Source of the DNA: Candidatus Saccharicenans sp.
GTDB taxonomy: Bacteria; Acidobacteriota; Aminicenantia; Aminicenantales; Saccharicenantaceae
Reading direction: 5' to 3'
Assembly (NCBI GenBank): GCA_024653215.1
Contig: JANLFU010000002.1
Coordinates: forward strand, 147,337-211,336
DNA length: 64,000 bases
Shown: piece after piece, positions 1 through 8,900 of the stretch
Position numbering within the stretch: position 1 is the stretch's first letter
Layout: each line of letters begins with the position of its first letter
Notes under the pieces: generated by a model
What the model saw: the letters and a program-made list of their open reading frames with translations, nothing else
What the model was told of the DNA's origin: nothing
Databases searched by the model: none
Program-made: the position numbers and the translations under genes

Positions 1-590
1 GCACCCTGGACAACTACGAAACCCACCATCCGACCCAGGGCGATGCCCTGAAGATTTCCAAGAAGTTCGTCAAGAATTATCCGGCCCAGGAAGTGGGCTT
101 GCTCTACATCGGTCCGTGCGGGGTGGGGAAGACCCACCTGGCAGTAGCGGTCATCAGGGAGCTCATCCTGAAGAAAGGGGCATACTGTATTTTTTATGAT
201 TTTAGGGAGCTAATCCGCGACATCCAGAACAGCTACACGCCGGACTCCGAGGTGAGCGAGACCGACATCCTGGCCCCGGTTTTTAACTGCGAGGTGCTGG
301 TGCTGGACGAGCTGGGGGCCAAGCGGCCGACGGCCTGGGTGGAAGAGACCATTTTTTACATCATAAACTACCGCTACAACCAGAAGCGGGTGACTATTTT
401 CACTTCAAATTACCTCGACATTGAGGAAGAGCCCGACCGGCGCGAGACCTACTACAAGAAGGGCGATGAAACCCTGGTGGACAGGATCGGGGTGAGGCTG
501 AGAAGCCGGCTATACGAGATGTGCAAGGTGGTAAATATAGCCGGCGAAGATTACCGCAAGGTTGCCCGCCAGGCCAGCTACCGCTTCTAA
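1..590 (+). CDS. DnaC/IstB-like AAA+ ATPase (5' end lies outside the window)
   Basis: The frame of ORF 93..590 stays open back to the window edge (TLDNYETHHPTQGDALKISKKF...). Walker A GPCGVGKTH, Walker B VLVLDELG, FTSN sensor-like motif. GC content matches the core genome. No IstA partner or terminal inverted repeats are visible. Confidence 0.7.
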   Translation, partial: TLDNYETHHPTQGDALKISKKFVKNYPAQEVGLLYIGPCGVGKTHLAVAVIRELILKKGAYCIFYDFRELIRDIQNSYTPDSEVSETDILAPVFNCEVLVLDELGAKRPTAWVEETIFYIINYRYNQKRVTIFTSNYLDIEEEPDRRETYYKKGDETLVDRIGVRLRSRLYEMCKVVNIAGEDYRKVARQASYRF

Positions 591-782
591 GGGCTGGCGG
601 CTGAATTTCCCCTGAGGCGCCGTGCTACTACCTCGGCTTGCCAATCCCCGCATATAATCTAAATCAGGTCTTTTGGTGTTACGTCCTTGGTAGCTTACTT
701 ATAAATTATTCTGGTTCTTTATAAACAATCTCTCGGCTTATATCTAAATGACATCCATTACAATATATTGCCGAAGTTGGTA

Positions 783-811
783 TTGCCAAAAGACTGAATT
801 TTTGCTATAAA
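783..811 (+). promoter_or_regulatory. Candidate sigma70-type promoter of the tRNA-Asn gene
   Basis: TTGCCA (783-788), 17-nt spacer, TATAAA (806-811). This puts a start about 7-12 nt upstream of tRNA position 1 (825). Confidence 0.4.
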
Positions 812-824
812 TCATTAAGCCTGC

Positions 825-1150
825 TCCTCGGTAGCTCAATCGGCAGAGCGGGTGGCTGTGGCTATCGCAGCTTCCACGGGAAACCGTGGTTGAAAAACCG
901 GGTGAATTCAGGGAAGCCTGCCCTTCGCAGGTTGCGGAGAATGGTAACCCTGAGCCAAGCCCTGGGCAGCGATGCTCGGGGAAGGTGCAGAGACTAGGGC
1001 TTAGCCCGTACTCCGGAACACTCCGGGGGAAGCGCCCGGCACCCTCCCGCCAGGTATCTGGCGCGGGTGATGAGATAGTCCAAGCCCAGGAGAAATTCTG
1101 GGGCACTTGTAACCACTAGGTTGCAGGTTCGAGTCCTGCCCGAGGAGCCA
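825..1150 (+). tRNA. tRNA-Asn(GUU), split by a group I intron; exons 825..859 and 1110..1150, encoded CCA
   Basis: Joined exons give UCCUCGG-UA-GCUC-AAUCGGCA-GAGC-G-GGUGG-CUGUUAA-CCACU-AGGUU-GCAGG-UUCGAGU-CCUGC-CCGAGGA-G-CCA. This is a canonical 76-nt cloverleaf with U8, a GG D-loop, a TPsiC loop, anticodon GUU and discriminator G73. The layout is almost the same as E. coli tRNA-Asn as I recall it. Confidence 0.85.
860..1109 (+). ncRNA. Group I intron (IC3-like), 250 nt, inserted between anticodon-loop positions 35 and 36
   Basis: P1 pairs the 5' exon end GCUGU (855-859) with the internal guide GCAGC (867-871), with a U.G wobble at the splice site. P2 is a GAAA-tetraloop hairpin, ccacgGGAAAccgtgg (874-889). 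Conserved cores are P-like gaattcagggaagcc (904-918), Q-like ccctgagccaagc (948-960), R-like gtgcagagactaggg (985-999) and S-like gatgagatagtcc (1069-1081). The terminal G (omega-G) is at 1109. It resembles the Azoarcus tRNA-Ile intron, which shares GAGCCAAGC and GGUGUAGAGACUAG. Confidence 0.85.
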
Positions 1151-1160
1151 TTCTTATTTT
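1119..1160 (+). repeat. att-like direct repeat, copy 1 (tRNA-Asn T-arm, acceptor 3' strand, CCA and 10 nt beyond)
   Basis: ggttgcaggttCgaGtcctgcccgaggagccattCttatttt. The same 42 nt recur at 2126..2167 with 3 mismatches. Confidence 0.85.
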
Positions 1161-1174
1161 AAACACCTTTGATC

Positions 1175-2059
1175 TTAAATGTTGTTAGCTTTTGTCAATT
1201 CAGTTTGGATTTCTTTCAAGGTTCTTCCCGAGGCATCCTTCCATTCGGTTCTTCCATTTGATTCATTTCCCAACACTATGCTTGCTGCCGCAGAGGGAGA
1301 ACTGAAAAGATAGTCTTGAGATAGCTGGTAATATTTTCCTTTATCTACAAAAACACCACTATCAATGAGCGCTTTTCTTATATATCTTGCATATCGGCTT
1401 AACGAAGGTACCTCTTCTTTAACAGCCATTGAATTAGCACAAACCACAAAGCCTTCAGCGCTCTCATATCCTTCTGCAGTTATTCCTTTAGATTTTATAA
1501 ACAGCTTTATGACATTCTTCACATGAGGTTTTGGCTTTTCGAAAAAGTTAATGCCAAGAACGGGCAGGCATGTCAACATTTCAGATAGAAAAGTTTCTAC
1601 ATCTACCGTATCTGCTTCTGATAAAGTTGGTAGCTGAGGAATATTACCATTATCAAGCACACATCTCTTGGCATCAGCGGCTAATGATATTAGTCTTGCC
1701 TCTAGGTACTGGACATGTGCCTTATTTAAATTGAGATCTTTGCTAATGTATACAATTGCATGTGTCCAGAAATCTTTATTTCGCATATGCTGATCGAGGC
1801 GGGGTAAAACCGGATCGCCTTCTCCAACATATATCCTTGGAAAGGAGTCTTTTTCTCCGGGGCCCATTAAAATATATACCCCTGTTTTTTTGAGTTCCTC
1901 TCTTTTACGGGCTTCAGCGAATAGTGCCCTTGGAAATGATATTCCTTGACCGGTCCAGTTTGATTTTTCGATTATTTTAATTCCGTCAGGTTCTCCTTGA
2001 GGCATAAATATTTTCAAGGAAAAACCTAATTTTGATTTATGCACTTCTTTCATTTTCAT
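1175..2059 (-). CDS. GIY-YIG-type nuclease family protein with DUF4357-like C-terminal domain
   Basis: 294 aa. It has a GVYILMG...RIYVGEGDPVLPRLDQH...FW motif block (GIY-YIG-like) and the C-terminal FSSPSAAASIVLGNESNGRTEWKD block typical of DUF4357. AT-rich, with a GGAGG Shine-Dalgarno upstream. Confidence 0.65.
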   Translation of the reverse strand: MKMKEVHKSKLGFSLKIFMPQGEPDGIKIIEKSNWTGQGISFPRALFAEARKREELKKTGVYILMGPGEKDSFPRIYVGEGDPVLPRLDQHMRNKDFWTHAIVYISKDLNLNKAHVQYLEARLISLAADAKRCVLDNGNIPQLPTLSEADTVDVETFLSEMLTCLPVLGINFFEKPKPHVKNVIKLFIKSKGITAEGYESAEGFVVCANSMAVKEEVPSLSRYARYIRKALIDSGVFVDKGKYYQLSQDYLFSSPSAAASIVLGNESNGRTEWKDASGRTLKEIQTELTKANNI

Positions 2060-2125
2060 CTAACCTCCAGTCTTTGATTTATTATAATAACTATCAAAAT
2101 AAATATCAAAATCGGAGAATCGATT

Positions 2126-2167
2126 GGTTGCAGGTTAGAATCCTGCCCGAGGAGCCATTTTTATTTT
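2126..2167 (+). repeat. att-like direct repeat, copy 2 (degenerate tRNA-Asn 3' end)
   Basis: ggttgcaggttAgaAtcctgcccgaggagccattTttatttt. The T-loop is changed to TTAGAAT, so it is a non-functional pseudo-3'-end. Confidence 0.85.
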
Positions 2168-2312
2168 GACCATTTTCATTTATTTTCCCTCTGTCGAATA
2201 AATTATATTCGCCTTATGGGCAAAAATTGAGTCTATTTTTAGCGTGAGAGATCTCTTCTGTCTTTTAAGTCTAATAAATACAATTGGGAAAGAAAAAAAT
2301 TGTAAAAAAAAC

Positions 2313-2343
2313 TTGACAAATATGATATCACATATGATATCAT
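2313..2343 (+). promoter_or_regulatory. Candidate hicA promoter/operator: TTGACA plus two tandem ATATGATATCA repeats
   Basis: TTGACA lies at 2313-2318. The 11-bp direct repeats are at 2320-2330 and 2332-2342. Each contains the palindrome TGATATCA, with centres 12 bp apart. They lie 15 nt upstream of the hicA ATG. The -10 assignment is ambiguous (TATGAT 2333-2338 or TATCAT 2338-2343). Confidence 0.4.
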
Positions 2344-2357
2344 TGTAATGCAATTTC

Positions 2358-2684
2358 ATGAGCGTTAAGAAGTTAATAGGACAACTTAAAGAAAAGAAAA
2401 AAAGAAATGAGAAGCTTCAAGAACTCAGGGCTGAAGAGGTTGAGAATATAATAGAGTTTTTTTTCGAGAAATATGAGCATAAGAGAGGTTCTCATATTAT
2501 TGTTCAGGACTCTCGATTAGAGAGATATGGGGAAATTAATCAATTGAGTGAGTATGGGCGGCTCGGGCAGTTAACTATACCCGTAAAGAGCGGGCAGAAA
2601 GTGAAATCTGTCTATGTAAGAAAATTAATCGAGGCTATAGAAATTTGTGAATTTATGGAGGGAAAAAGTGAAGAGGAAGATTGA
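2358..2684 (+). CDS. hicA: HicA-family toxin (mRNA interferase-like), N-terminally extended
   Basis: 108 aa. The pattern ...KRGSHIIVQD...LTIPVKSGQKVKSVYVRKLIEAI matches the HicA/YcfA signature (GSH ... IP ... basic patch). It lies directly upstream of, and overlaps, a HicB-like gene. Confidence 0.6.
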   Translation: MSVKKLIGQLKEKKKRNEKLQELRAEEVENIIEFFFEKYEHKRGSHIIVQDSRLERYGEINQLSEYGRLGQLTIPVKSGQKVKSVYVRKLIEAIEICEFMEGKSEEED

Positions 2685-3213
2685 AAAAAAAGATTTAGAA
2701 TATTACATGAAGCTGAAATATAAAATAGAAATTGTGCCGTTATCTGAAGAAGACGGGGGAGGATATGAAGCGAGGATCCCCCAGCTCGGGAAGGAAGCAT
2801 TTAGGGGATACGGTGAAACTGTCGAAGAGGCCCTGGGCCACCTAGAAGTTGTAAAAAAAGACCTATTTGAAAGGTACCTGAATAAGAGAGTTCCGATCCC
2901 AGAACCAGAGCTGAAAGAGGAAAAGTACAGTGGCCGGATTCTTCTGCGTATTCCGTTTTATTTGCATAGAGAATTGTCAGCGCTGGCGAAAAAAGAAGAT
3001 ATAAGCCTGAATCAGCTTCTTAATCATCTGATAGAGCGCGGCCTGGCTTCAGTTCGATATGATTTTCATGTTGAAGCTTTATCACAAATAAAGCCGGAAA
3101 TTATAGGTAAATGGGAAAAATGTATATTTGAGATAGATCAGAAAACTGTTCCGGAATCTTTATTTCATTATCATGGCGAATCTATAGATTTTGACAATAA
3201 ATCGGTTTGTTAG
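2668..3213 (+). CDS. hicB: HicB-family antitoxin (HicB N-domain + RHH DNA-binding domain) with a ~50-aa C-terminal extension
   Basis: MKLKYKIEIVPLSEEDGGGYEARIPQLG...GETVEEAL is HicB-like. YSGRILLRIPFYLHRELSALAKKEDISLNQLLNHLIERGL is RHH/CopG-like. The GTG at 2668 is preceded by GGAGGG (2657-2662). Alternative starts are GTG 2647 and ATG 2707. Confidence 0.65.
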   Translation: MKRKIEKKDLEYYMKLKYKIEIVPLSEEDGGGYEARIPQLGKEAFRGYGETVEEALGHLEVVKKDLFERYLNKRVPIPEPELKEEKYSGRILLRIPFYLHRELSALAKKEDISLNQLLNHLIERGLASVRYDFHVEALSQIKPEIIGKWEKCIFEIDQKTVPESLFHYHGESIDFDNKSVC

Positions 3214-3222
3214 GAGAAAAAA

Positions 3223-3669
3223 TTGAGAAATAAAAAAGAGATCAGCAAGAAAAAATATATTGAAAGTATTAGAAAAATTAGACTGAATGTATTTTACTTA
3301 AAAAGCGCAAGCGCTGATATTGATAGAGATGCTCTTTTCAAAGAAAAACCGATAAAACACGGCATAAGTATAAAGGATGAAGCTTCAATTGTCCTGAAAG
3401 ATAATGATTCAGTAGATATTCTGCACAGGTATTCTCTTGAAATATTGTCTAAAGATAAAGAGACAAAACCCATAGGCAGAATTGATTGCACTTTTTGCCT
3501 TAATTTTTCCCCAGCTGCCTGCTTCACTCCAGAATTTTTTGAAGAATTTAAGAAAGCCAATCTCCATATCAATACCAGGCCGTTTTTTAGAGAATTTGTT
3601 TTCAATATCACAGCCAGAATGAGTATTCCACCAATTTTATTACCGCTGTTGAAGGCAATGAAAAAATAA
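3223..3669 (+). CDS. SecB-like chaperone (candidate TAC chaperone)
   Basis: 148 aa, with a TTG start 6 nt after AGGAGA. The C-terminal block ANLHINTRPFFREFVFNITARMSIPPILLPLL parallels E. coli SecB [32 protein letters not shown]. The size is also SecB-like. It starts 9 nt downstream of hicB. Confidence 0.55.
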   Translation: MRNKKEISKKKYIESIRKIRLNVFYLKSASADIDRDALFKEKPIKHGISIKDEASIVLKDNDSVDILHRYSLEILSKDKETKPIGRIDCTFCLNFSPAACFTPEFFEEFKKANLHINTRPFFREFVFNITARMSIPPILLPLLKAMKK

Positions 3670-3914
3670 ATCAGATTATCAACTGATCTATATTGATAAA
3701 GATAAAAAAGGTCAGATTGCTTTTTTCAATATAGAATATGATTAGAAGCGGGGCAAAGGTTAAATGCTTAAAATCTCTGCTCTCAAGACTTATAGGGGCA
3801 ATTTATCTCAACCACAAGGAGAATTATTGCTCATGATTTTGCTCCTGGTGCTTGAACAAATTGAACATTTAACCATATACTGATTAGAAAAGATGGCGAT
3901 GTTTTTTTAAGGGA

Positions 3915-5951
3915 GTGTCCGCTATGGAAAATGGTCAGTTAACCTGGATTACCAATTTCATTTGGGGTATTGCCGATGACGTGCTGCGCGATCTATATGT
4001 GCGCGGCAAGTACCGCGATGTTATCCTCCCGATGACTGTGATACGCCGGCTCGATGCCGTGCTGGAACCCACCAAGCAAGCGGTCCTGGAGATGAAAGCT
4101 TCACTCGATAGAGCAGGTATAACTAATCAGGATCTTGCTCTCCGCCAGGCTGCCGGACAAGCGTTTTACAACACATCGAAATTCACTTTACGTGATCTAA
4201 AGGCGCGTGCCAGTCGCCAGCAATTGGAGACGGATTTCCGTGCCTACCTGGACGGCTTCTCGCCTAATGTTCAGGAGATAATCGAGAAATTTGAATTTCG
4301 CAATCAAATCCCCCGCCTTAGCAAAGCCGATGCTCTGGGCACACTCATCGAAAAGTTTCTCGACCCATCCATCAACTTAAGCCCATACCCAGTGCTCAAC
4401 AGCGATGGTTCTGTGCGACTCCCCGGACTTGATAATCACGCCATGGGCACCATTTTCGAAGAACTGGTGCGGCGATTCAACGAGGAAAACAACGAAGAGG
4501 CAGGTGAACACTGGACCCCCCGCGATGCCGTGAGGCTGATGGCCCGCCTAATCTTTGAACCCATCGCTGAGAAAATTACCGATGGCACATATTTGCTTTA
4601 CGATGGGGCCTGTGGCACAGGCGGAATGCTCACCGTGGCTGAAGAAACACTAATCAGACTGGCAAAAGAACGCGGGAAACAGGTCTCGGTACACCTTTTC
4701 GGTCAAGAAATCAATGCAGAGACCTATGCTATCTGCAAAGCCGATCTGCTCCTGAAAGGAGAGGGGGAGGCTGCTGACAACATTGTTGGTGGACCAGAAT
4801 ATTCAACACTTTCGAACGATGCCTTCCCTGGCAGAACCTTCGACTTCATGCTCTCGAATCCGCCTTATGGGAAGAGCTGGAAAAGTGACCTGGAACGCAT
4901 GGGGGGCAAAACCGGCATTAAAGACCCGCGCTTTGTTGTACAGCACCAGGGCGAAGAGCTGTCTCTAATTACTCGCTCCAGTGATGGACAGCTTCTCTTT
5001 TTAGTGAACATGCTTTCCAAGATGAAGCATGATACCCCGCTCGGAAGCAGGATTGCCGAGGTGCACAATGGGTCATCGCTGTTTACTGGAGATGCCGGCC
5101 AGGGCGAGAGTAACATCCGACGCTGGATTATCGAAAACGATTGGCTTGAAGCCATCGTGGCCCTTCCACTCAATATGTTTTATAACACCGGCATTGCCAC
5201 GTACGTTTGGGTGCTAACCAACCGCAAGCCCGAGCACCGCAAAGGCCGCATCCAGCTAATCGATGCCACGCAGTGGTACAAGCCGTTGCGAAAAAATCTG
5301 GGCAAGAAAAATTGTGAGCTGTCTGAAGAAGACATCCGTCGCATCGTGGATACTTTTCACAAATTCGAGCAAAACGAGCAGTCAAAAATCTTTCCCATCG
5401 CTGCCTTTGGGTACTGGAAGATAACGGTAGAACGCCCCTTGCGCTTGAAAGGCATCGACCCCGAGCGTGAATACAGTGCTAAGGAGATTAAAGCACTTCG
5501 CGAAACTGCAGAGCGAGCTGATGATGCCCCACCATTGATAAAAAAGATTCACAAGCCCGGCACTGCACCCGATCCACTTCGCGGGCTGTTCGAGGTGACC
5601 ATTCACGGCAAATCGCGCGTAGTAGAATACGAACCGGATACGGAGCTCCGCGATAGCGAGCAGATTCCCTTCCTGGAATGCTCTGCCTGTCATCAGCCTG
5701 GTTATCTGCCGAACCTGGAAGACCGCCGGGCAGCCATAGAAACTTTCTTGCGGCGGGAAGTCCTGCCTTATGCACCGGATGCCTGGTATGTTCCAGAAAG
5801 TATCAAGGTGGGTTACGAGATTAATTTCAACCGCTATTTTTATAAGCCAAAAGCTTTGCGCAGCCTTGAGGAAATCCGCGCCGACCTTTTAGCGGTTGAA
5901 AAAGAGGCGGAGGGGCTTCTTAATGAAATAATGAAGGTAGCCGCAAAATGA
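3915..5951 (+). CDS. hsdM: Type I R-M DNA methyltransferase subunit M (N6-adenine)
   Basis: AdoMet motif YDGACGTGGML and catalytic LSNPPYGKSW. The HsdM_N-like N-terminus reads WGIADDVLRDLYVRGKYRDVILPMTVIRRLD, and the C-terminus has VGYEINFNRYFY. The start could instead be ATG 3924. Confidence 0.9.
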   Translation: MSAMENGQLTWITNFIWGIADDVLRDLYVRGKYRDVILPMTVIRRLDAVLEPTKQAVLEMKASLDRAGITNQDLALRQAAGQAFYNTSKFTLRDLKARASRQQLETDFRAYLDGFSPNVQEIIEKFEFRNQIPRLSKADALGTLIEKFLDPSINLSPYPVLNSDGSVRLPGLDNHAMGTIFEELVRRFNEENNEEAGEHWTPRDAVRLMARLIFEPIAEKITDGTYLLYDGACGTGGMLTVAEETLIRLAKERGKQVSVHLFGQEINAETYAICKADLLLKGEGEAADNIVGGPEYSTLSNDAFPGRTFDFMLSNPPYGKSWKSDLERMGGKTGIKDPRFVVQHQGEELSLITRSSDGQLLFLVNMLSKMKHDTPLGSRIAEVHNGSSLFTGDAGQGESNIRRWIIENDWLEAIVALPLNMFYNTGIATYVWVLTNRKPEHRKGRIQLIDATQWYKPLRKNLGKKNCELSEEDIRRIVDTFHKFEQNEQSKIFPIAAFGYWKITVERPLRLKGIDPEREYSAKEIKALRETAERADDAPPLIKKIHKPGTAPDPLRGLFEVTIHGKSRVVEYEPDTELRDSEQIPFLECSACHQPGYLPNLEDRRAAIETFLRREVLPYAPDAWYVPESIKVGYEINFNRYFYKPKALRSLEEIRADLLAVEKEAEGLLNEIMKVAAK

Positions 5952-8900
5952 AGGCTAAAATAGATTTTCCTGTTCGCCACATTTCCATTCGCGTCCCTTG
6001 GCATGACTCAGGATGGACTGGTGTCGTTTGCCGTGCACCCCACCTGAATGGTGCCTGTGCCAGGCTCAAGCGGATTGCTGATAACAAGAAAGAAGATCAG
6101 GAGCGCCTTATCGCCGGAAAACGTTTGGATGAATTACCCAGGGAGCAGTGGCCGTGTTGCGTGGATGAGCGATCCACTTTTATGGCGGAGTTTGAGCTGG
6201 AGGTTCTTAAGAAGCATGCCCTGGCAGAAATTAACCCAGATCAATATGGCCATTTCAAGCCGACACCGCAACGTTATCCGGCATATTCTGCCGGAATAGT
6301 TCCTTTTCAATGGATGATGCGACCGAACATAAATCATTACGGTAACCTTTATGATCTGGATGTTGACGAGGGCCGAGAGCCCAAACTGGGCTATGAGAGC
6401 AACTGGATTCATGAATTCCGAAATCAAAGGGCACTTCTAGAAGGTTTTGCCGCTCATTTGCGTGAAGAGGAATCGCTCTGTCTGTTCTATGCCAAGCACG
6501 TTCCCTTTGCAGAGGGTACGGGCCGAGTATTAATAGCGGTTGGACGAATCAACAAAATCGGCGAACTGATTGAGTACAATCGTGAGGGCCATGGTCCACC
6601 CGGCATGGTGTGGGAACGCCCGATTCAGCATTCCATCCGCCCAAAAGGTAACGACGGCTTCCTGATGCCTTACTATGAAGTTCTGGACCGTGCTGCGCAA
6701 GATAGCTCTCTCGATATGGAACGGTATACTGCTCGCGTTCCTGAAGAGCACTGGGATGAGTTCTCTTACGCCAGTGAATTGGTCACCAATGACGGTGCCA
6801 TTGGTGCTCTACTCTCAATGGACGCGGTGCTTGCTCGAATTGAAAACGAATTAGGAGTCGCAACTGGAGGGCAGCGCAAGTGGCTTCACGATGAACTTGT
6901 GCGCCTGTGGAAAGTACGTGGCCCATTCCCTGGTTTGGGAGCTGTTCTAACATCATTTGGCATGTCGCGAGGCTTATTCGTGGCTCATGCCATCCAGCAG
7001 AAAGCCGGAAAGAATGCTGATCCATGGCCACTTGTGGACAGGGCATTTTGCGAGCCGTCTTCTGTGCTGCCAAAAGAATTGCAACGTGATCTCAAGGAAC
7101 TCTGCCCGACTTGGAAAGGTCTCTCTGAAGAACGTCGTGACTTCCTGCGTCTGATAAGCCGATTTGAGATAACCGTAGAACAGGCCGAGAATCTTTATGA
7201 TGAAGATTCAAGAAAGAGGGCTGGATGGGGTGGCACTGACCGCGAAATACTACAAAACCCCTATCGTATCTTTGAGCTCAGCCGTCATGACTTTGAGGGA
7301 GTAAAGCTGTTGACAGTAGATCGCGGTGTTTTTCCTGATGATACCGTTCGGTTGCTGCATCCACTGGAAGAGCCATCCCGGCTGTGCTCGGCTGTTGATT
7401 GGCGGCGTATTCGAGCCTTTGCCGTCGCGGCCTTAGAAGATGCTGCTCTAAATGGTCATACCTTATTACCCAGGGACAAAGTCGTTGAGGCGATACGCAG
7501 TTATCCGATTAAACCCGAATGCCCCGTTACAAGTGACATCCTCACTGCTAACTCCAAGAATATGACGCCGGAAATTGTTCCGGTTGAGCTGGATGGTGAA
7601 AGCGGTTTTCAACTCGAAAGATACAAAAAAATCGGCGATGAAGTGCGCCGCCAGGTTCTTGGACGCCTTGCAGGTGGGCGGCATGTCGTCAAAGGCGACT
7701 GGAAAGCTTTGCTTGATGAGAAATTTGGTATTGCGAAGGACGATGAGGAGAAACGCGCCCGTGAAGAGAAAGCAGCTGCGCTGGCTGAGTTAGCAGAGGC
7801 ACGCTTCGGTGTCCTTGTTGGATCAGCCGGTACAGGAAAAACCTCTCTCTTGGGAATTCTTTGTGCTCAGCCAGAGATCAAAAAAGACGGTGTGTTGCTT
7901 CTTGCACCAACAGGGAAAGCTCGCGTCAGAATGCAAGAGCTGGTGGGTGCTGGGGCAAAAGCAATGACGATTGCTCAGTTCCTAAACCAGTGGAGTCGCT
8001 ATGATGGACGAAACGGGCGATATCACGTTAGCGATGGACCTAAAGCGAGCGGCTATGGCACAGTCATTGTGGATGAGTCATCTATGCTGACTGAAGACAT
8101 GCTAGGCGCAATATTTGATGCATTGCAAGGCGTTAAACGGTTCATCTTCGTTGGCGATCCCTCGCAATTACCGCCCATAGGGGCAGGGAAACCCTTTGTT
8201 GATATCATCGCCAAGATCCGCCCTTCTGACTGTGAGAGGCGATTCCCTCGCGTAGGCCCTGGTTATGCTGAACTCACGATTGAACGACGCCAGGGGGGGC
8301 AAGACCGTCCAGACCTGAGACTGGCGCGCTGGTTTAGCCTCTCACCTCCATCAGCTGGCGATGACGATGTATTCTTTGATGATGCGAAAGAGCATCCGAC
8401 AATTCGGTTTATCGAATGGAAGAAACCTGAAGATTTTCAGACCAAATTGCTGGAAGTGCTGGTACAGGAGCTCAAACTTTCCGGGATAGAGGATATACGG
8501 GGATTTAACAAAGCGATGGGGGCAACGGTCACAGAGAAATATGATTACTTTAACCCAACCCGCAATGGCAAGGTCAGTGCGGTCCAGGCAGTTGACGCAT
8601 GGCAGATCCTCAGCCCTTTGCGGGGCATGCCATTTGGCGTGGGCGATATCAACCGCCAAATTCACGAACGTTTCCGGGCTGGATTTCTAGAACTCGCAAG
8701 CCGGCATAGGCGTCATATTCCAAAGCCATTTGGAGCAGAGCGAATCGTTTATGGCGATAAGGTCATCAATTTGAGCAACCATCGTAGAGATGGCAAAAAA
8801 GTGTATCCCCAGGAAGGCGCGATAGGTTATCTTGCCAACGGCGAGATTGGCATCGTTGTCGGTCTGTGGAAGACAAATGGAAATCCAAAAATTCTAAAAG

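Noticed and set aside
1-590. The IstB-like ATPase as part of an IS21-family element
   Set aside because: No IstA gene or terminal inverted repeat is visible, and composition matches the core genome. The N-terminal context (TLDNYE...ALKISKKF) fits DnaC/DnaI-type loaders equally well. The region upstream of the window is unseen, so this stays open.
744-1119. ORFs 744..1106 (-) and 886..1119 (+) overlapping the tRNA region
   Set aside because: They lie inside the group I intron and tRNA exons. They have no SD and biased, low-complexity translations, and the structured RNA explains the region.
1175-2059. The GIY-YIG gene as the homing endonuclease of the tRNA intron
   Set aside because: It lies outside the intron, on the opposite strand, and downstream of the mature tRNA 3' end. 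The intron has no ORF of its own. This is kept only as a speculative link in the findings.
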